Positions 24,878-36,600 of a DNA stretch of 64,000 nt are shown here, piece by piece. A model generated the notes under the pieces. That model ran no database searches. It saw only the letters and a list, made by a program, of their open reading frames with translations, and had not been told where the DNA came from. Each line of letters begins with the position of its first letter. The first letter of the stretch is position 1. A program made the translations under genes and the position numbers. The stretch comes from Gekko japonicus (lineage: Eukaryota). Where the stretch lies: NCBI RefSeq assembly GCF_001447785.1, contig NW_015172014.1, positions 268,868 through 332,867 on the forward strand. The letters run 5' to 3'.

Positions 24878-25037
24878 GCACATGCTGCTACTTCCTCCTC
24901 GGCATTTGGTATGGCATACTTGAAGTCTCCTGAGGGCTCCAGGTACATTGCTGGACCTAAACGTAGCGTGGTTGGCTGCCCTGCCAATCAGGCTGGCCAC
25001 CAAAAGGGGCGGGGGTGGAGCTCTGTGTACTCAGGAC

Positions 25038-25244
25038 CCATGCTCCCTCTAAGCTGTGGAGTCTTGTGAGCAAAAATTCTACCTTGTGAGCGCCTGGCAT
25101 GAAAGTTGCGGGCGAGCGATTTGGCTGCTGCATAAATTAGTTTGCTCTGGAGCCGTCCCTGCCCGAACAAAGACAAAAATGGGTGAGCCAAAGGCTAAAA
25201 AACTGTGAGCTGGCTCACACTAACTCAGCCGAGAGGGGACACTG
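25038..25244. mobile_element. hAT MITE family A
   Basis: Perfect TSD ctcaggac. Confidence 0.87.
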
Positions 25245-25387
25245 CTCAGGACTCCCCCAAATACGGTGAAAGGTTTGTAAATTAGCCAACAGAGAGACTC
25301 CAAAAATGACTTAAGGAGGGCTGAGCCCCTCTCAAGACCCTGAGAGCACAGGGAATCGTGGGGTGGGAGGTCTTGGTAGGGTGGGGG

Positions 25388-25807
25388 CAGGGGTCATTTC
25401 GCGGGGGATCGCAGTTCCCCCAGGTGAGGTACGGGGGGCGGGGCACATGACAAAGCCCCGCCCCCTGCTTCTGGCCGCCCCGCTTCCGGCCCTCATTCAG
25501 CCAGGGGGAGGCAGGAGAAGAGGGAGGGTAAGTTGCTTCCTCCCCGCCTCTCCCCACCCCTGCCTGCCTGGGGCTAGGGAGGGCCTTCGCGGGGCTTCCT
25601 CGCACTCCCGCCGGCCTTGCAGGTCCACCGCCAGGCCCCTCATGGGGCTCGGCAGTGGAGCGGCAAGGCTGGCGATGGCGGCCGGGACCGTTGGGGGTGG
25701 AGTGTGTGGCCTTATGACACACTTCCGGTGATGTCAGGGGGTGTGGCATATGCTAATGAGTTATGCTAATGAGTTCCCCTAGCTCTTTTTCTACAAAACG
25801 ACCCCTG
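25388..25807. mobile_element. hAT MITE family B, GC-rich, with TATGCTAATGAG repeats
   Basis: TIRs; perfect TSD ggtggggg. Confidence 0.78.
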
Positions 25808-26059
25808 GGTGGGGGAGACGGGACACGGTTGTTTGCAGGGGTCCCTTCTCCTTTCTGAGCTGGGGCAGAGCGCAGAGTCCCTTTTCCTGCAGTCAAACTG
25901 TGCAGAAAGGAGCAACGGGTCAAGTCTGGTAAGGCTGCAATTAACAGCAGCGGATTCCTTGAAAGCAGTGGGACGGGGGGCACAGGCTGTCTGCCAAAGA
26001 AAGGGCTTAGTTAAAAAAAACAAGGTCTTCAGCTGCAGCTTGCAGGGCTGATGCACCTT

Positions 26060-26620
26060 GATAACCAATTCCAATAACCTTTATTGGCATACAGTAACTC
26101 TATGAAAGGAATATCAGTACAAATCAACCCATATGTCAACAAAGGAAGACAGTCAGGGTATAGCAGTTCGTAGCACTGTATATAATAAAGATAATAGGAC
26201 AGAATGATAAAAATTTGGAACAGTAATCCTGAATATCGCAGTAATTAAAACAGTTACAATAAGAAGTTTAACTATCCAAAGAGGATTGACACACCTTATC
26301 TCTCTCTCTCTCTCACTCTCCATCTCCTTACCTCTTCCTCTTCCCTCTATTCTTTCCTCTTTTTCTTGGCCCCGAGTACGTTTGCCAGGAACTCTGCCAC
26401 CTGCTCAGTAACTTTGTGGTTTTTGTCTGCTAGCAAGAATTCAGTACCTCTATCGGTCGCAGCCTTAGAGAGTTGGAGGAGGGGACTAATCAAATGTGCA
26501 CGCAGCGGAGTAAACAGCGGGCGGTTTACGAGAATGTGATGAACAGAGTCAGGTTCTTTGCACAGGCATCTGCAGAATCTTGCCTCATAGGGCCACCTGG
26601 ATGACCAAGGAGGTTCCACT
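26060..26620 (-). mobile_element. Non-LTR retrotransposon 3' fragment (clade uncertain)
   Basis: Degenerate C-terminal zinc knuckle RFCRCLCKEPDSVHHIL...R followed by an AT-rich 3'UTR with AATAAA. Confidence 0.5.
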
Positions 26621-27621
26621 GCTGGCACCAGGGCTCCAAAGGACAGCAGGAGGGGGACTCGGGCTTCCCTTGCTGCCTAGGTGCTCTACCCGGAAGTGGG
26701 GGGGGCGGGCAGTCCATGGGCTGGGGTTCTGAAGCTGAGTCTCGTGCAAATGTCAGTCCTAGACGGGGGGGGCCGGAGGCCGAGTTCCATCTCACCCTCT
26801 GCCCTTTTCCCTGAGAGGAAGGCCCTCGCCTTAAGAGTAGCAAAGGGAGCAAGACTGAGGCAGATTTCTTGATAACTCTCCATTCCAGCCGCCTTCCCGC
26901 TCCCCGTTCTCTGCATCACTTTGTTCACAAATGCTTTTCCTTCTCTGAGAGTGTCCATCTTCTGGGCTTTGGGATGCCCTAAAGTCTCACAGCCCTGACC
27001 TGGATGGCCCAGGCAACCCTGGTCCTGTCAGACCTCAGGAGCCAGGCCAGGCCACCCCTGCTCAGTACTCGGAGGGGAGACCGCCCCAGGGAAGTCCAGC
27101 CTGGCTGTGCAGAGGCAGGCGGTGGCAGAGTGCTTCAGGGGTCGCCAGAAGTCGGCTGTGACCTGCGGGCACTTTCCACCACCAAAGTCTCCCTCTTAGA
27201 TGTGTGTTTCCCATGATTCCTTGTATGAATTGCCATGGGGGGGCACTCTGAAGAAGAGAAGAGATTGGATTTATACCCCGCCCTTCACTCCCCAAAGGTG
27301 TCTCAGAGCGGCTTACAAACTCCTTTCCCTCCCCCTCCCCACAACAGACACCCTGTGAGGCAGGTGGGGCTGAGAGAGCTCTTGACAGAAACGGCTCTTT
27401 TTCAAGGACAGCTCTTATCAGAACTACGGCTTGCCCAAGGTCACACCAGCAGCTGCAAGTGGAGGAGTGGGGAAACAAACCCAGTTCTCCCAGATTAGAG
27501 TCCGCACTCCTAACCACTACACCAAACTGGCTCTGGATGCAAACATTCATGCAGTCAGTTACGTTACGAAGGGTTGCGGCCTTTAGTAAACATTCAGAAT
27601 TCTTTCTTTTCCTTCTGGCAG

Positions 27622-27688
27622 GTGATCCAGTATCAGACGGTGCGCTACGATATCCTTCCCCTTTCCAAAGTCTCACGGGAACGGCTCA
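27622..27688 (+). CDS. CTDNEP1: CTDNEP1 exon 2
   Basis: ggcag|GTGATCCAG...CTCA|gtaagt; [22 protein letters not shown]. Confidence 0.95.
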
Positions 27689-30600
27689 GTAAGTGTGGCC
27701 CTTACCAATATATATATATATTTTCCTCCTGGGATTGTGCAGGATATTAGAAGGGGCCTGTAGAGGGGGTGGAAAGCAAGTGGAATATCTGGGCTCCAGT
27801 GTTTCCTCTAAGCTGTGGAGTCTTGTGAGCAAAAATCCTACTCTGTGAGCTCCTGGCATTAAAGTTGTGAGCGAGCAATTTGGCTGCTGCATAAATCAGT
27901 TCGCTCTGGAGCCCCATCCCTTCCTGAGCTGAGACAAGAATGCATGAGCCGGAGGCTAAAAAACTGTGAGCTGGCTCACACTAATAGGCTAATACAGCAC
28001 GGGGCTCCAGTTAGTTTTGAGAACCTCCTGATTCAGCCCAAGTTGAGAACTGTTGGTCCGCAATAATCCTGTAAAACGGAGCCGTTCCACCAGGCTTTTA
28101 GTTGAGGCGGTGGAGGTGGCCTCCATGCATACGTGTTGCCCTGAGTATTTGTCCTGCGTGGAGTCTGGTACTCTATGAACCTGATCCGGCTCCAGCACCA
28201 CCAGTCCGGCTTATTGGGAGGGTCTGAATTGCTATATTTAATGCGCCGTCTTTAAACTGTGTCGGGGTTTTAGCTGTTTTAAGAATTAATTGTATTATTG
28301 GTTTTAATTGTTTACGCACTTCGTTGTTAATTGTTCAAGCACTTTGTTGTTACCCGCCCTGAGCCCATTTGGGAAGGGCGGGATATAATACATTTAATAA
28401 ATAAATAAATAACTCGGCTGAGAGGGACACACTGCTGGCCTCCCTCTGACCCCGTCTCCTTCCTTTTTCTCCCTTCCCTTCTTTGGCAGATCAGGTGAAG
28501 AGAAAGATTCTCGTCCTAGACCTGGACGAGACGCTCATCCACTCCCATCACGATGGGGTCCTGAGGCCCACAGTGAGGCCCGGCACACCCCCCGACTTCA
28601 TTCTTAAGGTGAGACGCCCCGCACCACGGAAGGCAAGCTGCAGCGGTGCACATGGGCAGGGCAGGCCGGCGAGGGCCCAACCCCTACGTGGAGCCAGGTG
28701 GGAATGACTTGGAATGCAGCAACAGGGAGAGGCGTGGCTCTGGTCGAGCCTCTGCTTGGCGTGCGAAACATCCCAGGTTCAGTCCCCAGCATTCCCAGTC
28801 AAAAGGATCAGGTAGCAGGTGACGTGAAAGACCTCAGCCTGGGGACCCTGGAAAGCCCCTCCCAGTCTGAGAAGAAGAAGAAAAGATTGGATTTATACCC
28901 TGCCCTTCACTACCCAAGGGAGTCTCAGAGCGGCTTACAAACTCCTCTCCCTTCCCCTCCCCACAACAGACACCCTTTGAGGTAGGTGGGGCTGAGAGAG
29001 CTCTGACCAAAACTGCTCTTTATCAGGAACATCTCCGACAGAACTACGGCTTGCCCAAGGTCATCCAGCAGCTGCAAGTGGAGGAGTGGGGGAACCAAAT
29101 CCGGTTCTCCCAGAGTAGAGTCCGCGCACTTAACCACTACACCAAACTGGCTTTGTTGGACCCACAGCCTGATTGAGTATCCATGTTTTACGGGGAGGAG
29201 CTGTGGGTCTGTGCAAGAGCCGCTGTTTTGCATGCAGAAGGTCCCAGGTTCAATCCTTGGCATCGCCCGTTAGAAAGGACCAGGTAGTAGGTGATGGGAA
29301 AGCCCTTTCTCTGCCTGGGACCCTGGAGAGCCAAATAGGCCGAGTAGACAAGACTGACCTTGATGGACCAACGTCCTGATACCTTCTTCTTTTTTTTAGT
29401 TAACAATTTTTTGAATAGTTACAACAACGATAATAAAGCAGCAACTTTACAATACACATCTTGCTACTCAGTTCAAAGAACTATACATCAGAAATAACTT
29501 CAAATGCAGAATGCAAAAATAATTCAAATAATTCAAAAATACACCAGTTTGGTGTAGTGGTTAAGTGCTCGGACTCTAATCTGGGAGAACCGGGTTTGAT
29601 TCCCCACTCCTCCACTCACAGCTGCTGGATGACCTTGGGCAAGCCGTAGTTCTGACAAGAGCTGTCCTTGAAAAAGGGCAGTTTCTTTCAGAGCTCTCTG
29701 AGCCCCGCCTACCTCACAGGGTGTCTGTTGTGGGGAGGGGGAGGGAAAGGAGTTTGTGAGCCGCTCTGAGACTCCTTCAGGTAGTGAAGGGCGGGGTATA
29801 AATCCAATCTTTTCTTCTTATATTGTGGATTATCAGGAATGATTTCTATGTCCAACGTATAGCTTATAACAGGATACCAAACAGCCATTACTTTTTTATA
29901 ATAATTCTCCGGGGAGGCATTGGATGAATTAAATGTGGATTATCAGGAATGATTTCTATGTCTAACATATAGCTTATAACAGGATACCAAACAGCTATTA
30001 CTTTTTTATAATAGTTCTCCGGGGAGGCATTGGATGAATTAAATAAAATTTTATGCGTTATAAAATCCTCCCCTATTCGATTCGGTGTTCTGAGACCTGA
30101 TAAGGCTGCGTCATGTGAATGCCGTGTGTTTTGAAGCCCTATTTGATAAACTGTTTCCCTAGAACAGGGGTCTGTGCGGAACTGGAGAACAATCTGCACA
30201 GATGCTGAATGTGGAACAGTCGAAGTCGGCCACTTTGACAGAGCAGTAGCATTGGGGGGGGGGTAGGTTGGCCTCACACACTGTTGGGGGGGGGGTGTGG
30301 GTCGAGANNNNNNNNNNNNNNNNNNNNNNNNNNNNNNNNNNNNNNNNGCAATATCTCAGCCAAACTCCCCCCCCCCCCAATATCTCTGTTGAGCCTTCCA
30401 TGGAAGGTACCTCACAGTCCCTCCGATCTCTTGCTGCCCTCCGGCCTTGGAAGACCCTTGTGAAGCCAGAGGGGGTTCTCTTTGCCCTTGACGCTGGTGC
30501 CCTCTCCTGTTGTGGCTTGGGAAAGGATGGCTCACAGCCCAGGGGCATGTGCACGCTCTCGTCAAGGCGCGGCATGGGAATCAAGGTCTGGCCCGGCTTC

Positions 30601-33600
30601 TGCTAAATGTCTTTCCTCCCACCCCTCTTTTCCAGGTTGTCATAGACAAGCACCCAGTCCGCTTTTTTGTACATAAGAGGCCGCACGTGGACTTTTTTCT
30701 AGAAGTGGTAAGCCGACAGAACCTCCTTATGGGGTGTGTGTTGTGGGGGTGAGAATGAAGGGCCGGTCTCCTGCGATCCAGGAGTGGGGTTGTCTGCTTC
30801 ACGTGGTTCCCGTCCAGGATTCAGAGTGGGGTTGTCTGCTTCACGTGGTTCCCAGGACGCGTGTGCGAAAGAGGTGTGTCAGTATTTGTTCAGCCCTCCC
30901 CCGGGCAAGTAAGATGGTCGGAAGACTGGAAAACAAGTCACGTGATTGGTGCTTGAAGGAGCGAGGACATTTTGCCTGGAGACGTGAAAGTGCTCTCCAG
31001 ATAAAGCGTGTCCCACGGGCCAAGCTCCGTTCTCAGACTTGCGTTGCAAGGAGGGTGGGTTGCAGCTGACTGTGAGGAGACACTTCCTGAGGGCGAGAGC
31101 AGTTTCACTCGGGAGCCAGTTAGGCAGTCGATGGGCTCTCCCCGGCTGGGTGTCCGCACGTGGGGCGTGGGTGGCGATCTGCCGAAGAGGCTCGAGCTTT
31201 GGGCTGCCTACACCGAGCAGCGGGCTGGGCTAGATGGCCTCGAAGGCTCCCCTTCATAAGCGCCTCGGGTCATTCACTTGATGCCTCCCCAAGGGGAAGC
31301 CCACCAAGGACCACAGGCTGGCTGGGATGGACTGAGAGGCCCTGCCTGGCCGGGGTGGCCGATTTTCTGTTTTGACCTTCGGAAGCAAGCCTCAAATGCG
31401 AGGCATTTGATGTGGGTTCAGAAGTAAGTTCCGGGGGAGGATGCCTCTCTGCCTGTTTCCTTCCTGACAGCGAGATGTCAGCCAGACCCAGCAGAGCCGA
31501 GGAGGGCTTTGGCCCCGGGGGTGCTTGGGATAATAAGTGTTGTGGCAGGACAGGGCTTGAGTCTCTTTAAGCCAGGTGGGATGGTCCCGGCAACTGGACC
31601 GGAACTGTTGGTACCCGTCTTGGAAGAGAACGATAATGGCCCAACCAGCTCTGTAAAGAAAACAGTCGTGAGAGTCTGACCCACAAATCAGGCAGTCAAC
31701 GAGACTTGCAAAGGAGATGCTTTCTGTATATTATTGTCAACAAGCACCGCAACACAACGAACCGATTCCGTCAAATCATAAGAAAATCCTTGTGTGAAAA
31801 CATGTCAACGCCATCTCTGGATTATATAACGACGTTTCAAAATTGGATCTTCCTCAGGAAACATTAGAGTAGTACAAAAGCTATCATGCTCACAAAGTGC
31901 TTTACAAAAAATCAGGAAAGATAATACATTTCGATCAGTGCTCCCTCTAAGCTGTAGAGTCTTGTGAGCAAAAATTCTACTTTGTGAGCTCCTGGCATTA
32001 AAGTTGTGAGCAAGTGATTTGGCTGCTGCATAAACTAGTTTGCTCTGGAGCCCTCCTTCCTGAGCGAAGACAAAAATGTGTGAGCCGGAGGCTAAAAAAC
32101 TGTGAGCTAGCTCACACTCACTCAGCTTAGAGGGAACACTGATTTAGATAGGACGCTGATCTCAATAAGTATTCAGGCTCAAGTATGCTGCTAAGCTTCT
32201 GATGGATCCCAGGCGTCTCATTGTTCGTTGTGTTTTAGTGCTTTTTGAAAATAATATACAGAAAGCATTTTCTTTGCAAGTCTTGTTGACTGCCTGATTT
32301 GTGGATCAGACGCTCACGACTGTTTTCTTTACATTTGTTCTTTCTTTCCCAACCACCTCTGTCGCAGCCCTTGAACCCGAGATCCCTGTCAGGTGGCGCA
32401 AACGCCCTGGAACCAGCTCGTCTGGTCTCTGAGACAAAGATGAGGTTTGGCCCTGCCTGGGTCGAGGGCAGAGTGCGGCACTGAGCCCTTGCCTGGCTGG
32501 ATCTGCCAGTCTCCGGGGCTTCCCTGGTGTCTGCCTGCCTGTCCTCCTTCTACCCGTATAGAACAGCTTTAACCCTTCGGCTCTGGCCCAGCTTGTGTCC
32601 CTCTCCCCTCCCCTCCCTGCATTGCGCTTCTGGAGCACACGATGCTCACAAACACAAGATTTTATTATCGATGGCGTCTATTATTGCTCCTCGGCCAGAA
32701 AGGGGAGTCAGAACAGGCAGATTTCATTTCACCTGCTCGATCGCTTCTTACCCTCAACAGTCCGCTCAGCCTGCATTCTGGCCTTTCGAACCTCAAGGCT
32801 CCGTGGATGCCACGTGGCCTCTGTGTGCGTGGCCAGGAAGCATCCGTTAGTGCAGGATGTGGGGAGCCTGCCTCCGGAGGGGGTTGGGTGGGCCGGAGCA
32901 CACGTCGTTCAGAGGCATGAGAGGCATCTCCAGGCTGTGCTCTGGCATGTGTGATTATCAGGAGGGCCTCTGAGCATATGCAGAGAGCATGTTCACAGCT
33001 TCCCCATCCATTGGGCATGCCTTTGATTAGCAGGAAGGGGTCTGAACTTCCTGTCGATCTTAGCGCCATTTTTTCTTGTTATTTTAACAGAAGAAAATAA
33101 GTTTTATGTATTTATTTTATTTGTTTTATTTATTTGATTCGATTTCTTAACCGCCCTTCCCCGTTTTGCGGGGCTTAGGGCAGTTTACGACAGCATAAAA
33201 TCCAATCCAATTTAAAAACCAGTTAAAACTACAGAATTCAGTATTAAAACATTCAACATAGATATTTAAAACATTTTAATTTTTATTCAACATAGATATT
33301 TAATGGGTCCTGGTATCCTCAGTCTCTCTCCCGACCTCATGGGAGGGGGGGAGTGCAAAGGAGATAGCTTCAACCAGGGGTTCCCAAACTCTCTGAGGAG
33401 GGCCCCCTTTATTTTTTATTTAATTTACGTTACTTCTAGTCCTCCTTTCTCACTGGTCGCCTTTCTCCCTGGTGGATTACACAGAGCGAATCGATGCAAT
33501 CCACAGGACGGGACATTCAGGGAATGAAACAATGAAATAGGATTTGAGTCGTAGAACCAACTAGAAATTTGAAAAACGAAACTGAAGCAACGCGGATTGT

Positions 33601-36600
33601 TAACAGGACAGGTGAAATGAGGGGAGATTACACGGCAGGATCCAACTTGCAGCAAACTGTACCCAGTAGTCTAGACCGCAGTCCCTAATCAGTTACCCAA
33701 GTAACTTTGTGAATCATGTTGTACGTCGGTCTCCTGTGGACCCGCATAGAAAAAGCCCGCTTGAATCATTCCGTTCCCATCATTTGCAAGAAGCCGGGAG
33801 ACGGGAACTCGTCCTGACTGCCTTGAGCAGGCATTCCATAAGGCTGGGGGACCCACGGTGGAGCCTCGCATGTACGGGCAGTGGATGACTTTGCCCACTT
33901 GTGGGTTGGCCCCTGCAGAAGGCCCCGCTCGGATGAGCAAAGCTGGCATAGTTTTAACATCAGATCTGTTTTTTGCAGGAACGCCCCCCCACGCACACAC
34001 ACGGCCAGTGATAGTAGTTGTCCTGTTAAGTATCCATTGGTTGAGAAAATACATTGTGACAAGAAATAATAAAAATGACAGTGCTCCGTGCACACGTGGA
34101 TTCATTGCAGTCCTTGTCAGGGCTATTTTTGGGCAGGAACGGCGTTCCGGCTGGCTTCAGAGTTGGCCACGCCCACTACAGCCAAAACCTCTGCGTGTGC
34201 ATGGCTACAGACGGAAGGCCTGGAGAGCGACCCCCTGGCGACTCCGAGACGGGCGGGCCAGGGGGGCCCTGGAAGGATCAGGGAGGCATTTAAATGCCTC
34301 CCCATGCCTTCCTCAGCCTTCCCTTCCCTTCAAGGGGGGACGTGCCCAAGCAAGCCAAGGGAAGGCATGGGGGTGTGGCCTAATATGCTAATGAACTGTG
34401 TTAGGGGTGTGGTCTGGTATGCTAATGAGACGTGATGTCATGGGTGTGGCCTATTATGCTAATGAGTTCCTGCTGTTGGGTGTGGCCTATTATGCTAATG
34501 AGTTCCTGCTGGGCTTTGTCTACAAAAAAGCCCTGCTCCTTGTGATAACTTTGGGAACTATTGAGTTAAACCATCGAAGGGATCTGGGGTGGGGGGGGGG
34601 CTTTGTGCATTGGACGTGTTGGCGGGAGAGTTTTAAAGAGAACTAGATCAAGGTGGGGGAGCTGTGTTAGTCTGCCTGTAGCAACAGAGTCCAGTCGCCC
34701 CTTAAAGGCTAACAAAATCGGTGGCAGGGGAGGAGCGTTTGTGAGTCACTGCTGACCGAAGGTTATCTGAAGAAGTGAGCAATGACTCAAAAGCGCCTAC
34801 CCCTCCCACCAGTTTTGCTAGCCTTTAAGGTGCGACTGGACTCTTAACAGAACGGTTTTCCAAGGCATCCAACAAGGGGGACGGGTCGGGGCCTAAACCA
34901 AGCCTTCAGTTTGGGCTTGTTGGGGCGTGTGTGTGGCGCTCGGCCCCAGCAGCCGCTGACCTTTCTGCTCTCTGTCTGCTTTGCTTCCCCCCCCCCACCT
35001 CTCCCCAGGTGAGCCAGTGGTATGAGCTGGTGGTCTTTACAGCCAGCATGGAAATCTACGGCTCAGCGGTGGCCGACAAGCTAGACAATAGTAGGAGCAT
35101 CTTAAAGAGGAGATACTACAGACAGGTAGGCCTCGTGCCCCTCACCCCCGTGGCTGTGGGTCAGGGTGTGTGTGAAAGGATCCCCTGTGGATCCCGGACT
35201 GCAGGAGGGAAGGTTCCATCGCGATCTTTGTCTGCTTTCCCGGCTCCTCCGTTGTGGAACTGAATGGTAACTGGGCAGTCTCTTCTCAGTGGCTGTCCCT
35301 GGCCAGGCCGCACGGACTTCTTCCGGTTGGCGATGCCCTCCTGCCGCGGCCCATGATGACCGCACTGGCTGATCCCTTTTTCCTTGGGGTCCTGGGAGGT
35401 GCCTCCCTAGCAAGGGGGCAGCCAGGCATGAGAGGAGTCCGTTTTGAGAGAAGGCTGATGGGTGCTGCTTCTCTCTCTCTCTCTCTCTCCAGCACTGCAC
35501 TTTGGAGCTGGGCAGTTACATCAAGGACCTCTCGGTCGTACACAACGACCTGTCCAGCATAGTCATCTTGGATAATTCACCGGGCGCATACAGGAGCCAT
35601 CCAGGTAGGGTCAAGCTCAGCGCTGCGCCCTCTGCGAAGGGGGGGGGGTTGGATGGGAGGGGCTTCCTCGTCCCTGTGCGGCAAGGCCCACCTGCGGCCC
35701 CCTTTTCCCAAGTCCCATCTCCCTCCTGTGTTTGTGTGGCAACCTTCCTGCAAAGAGGCTGGGGTGTTTATACTGGGGCGTATCCCATTTTTGTCATTAC
35801 AGCAATCAGTGTTCCCTCTAGGCTACGTTAGTGTGAGGTAGCTCACAGTTTTAAGCCTCTGGCTCACGCATTTTTGCCTTAGCTGAGGAAGGACGGCTCC
35901 AGAGCAAACTACTTTATGTAGCAGCCAAATCGCTCGCTCACAACTGTAATGCCCGTAGCTCACAAAGTAGAATTTTTGCTCACAAGAGTTCACAGCTTAG
36001 AGGGAGCATTGACCACCACCCTGTGAAGGTCGGGCAGGCCGAGAGAGTGAATTTGCTCAATGGAGGTTCGTAGCTGAGTGGGAATTTGAAGCAAAATCCC
36101 CCCCTCCCCGTTTGTCACATGAACGCGTGAAGCTATACTGGCCAAACCAGCCATCCGTCCTCAAGGTCAGAACAGTCAGCTCCGACTGTCAGCGGCTCTC
36201 CAGGGTCCCAGGCAGAGGTCTTCCCCATCACCTGCTGCCTAGTCCTTTTAGCTGGAGATGCCGGGGACTGAACCTGGGAAACAAACCTGGCACAGGAAGC
36301 AGAGGCTCTTCCACTGAGCCACAGCCTAAATTACCCATGAAGCCGCCTCATACTGAATCAGGCCCTCCGTCCACCAAAGCCAGTATTACCGACTCAGACT
36401 GGCAGCAGCTCTCGAGGGTCTCAGACTGAGGTCTTTCCCATCACCTCCTGTCTGGTCCTTTTTACCTGGAGATGCCGGGGATTGAACCTGGGACCTTCTG
36501 CATGCCAAGCAGATGCTCTGCCACTGAGCCACGGCCCCTCCCAAGCACTGCCATTGAACCTGCAGAGGACAGGTCAGCGGGTGGGAGAGAGAGAGACCCT

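Noticed and set aside
25400-25760. CpG-rich patch as CTDNEP1 exon 1 or an alternative promoter
   Set aside because: It lies inside a MITE bounded by TIRs and a perfect 8-bp TSD, and does not encode the CTDNEP1 N-terminus.
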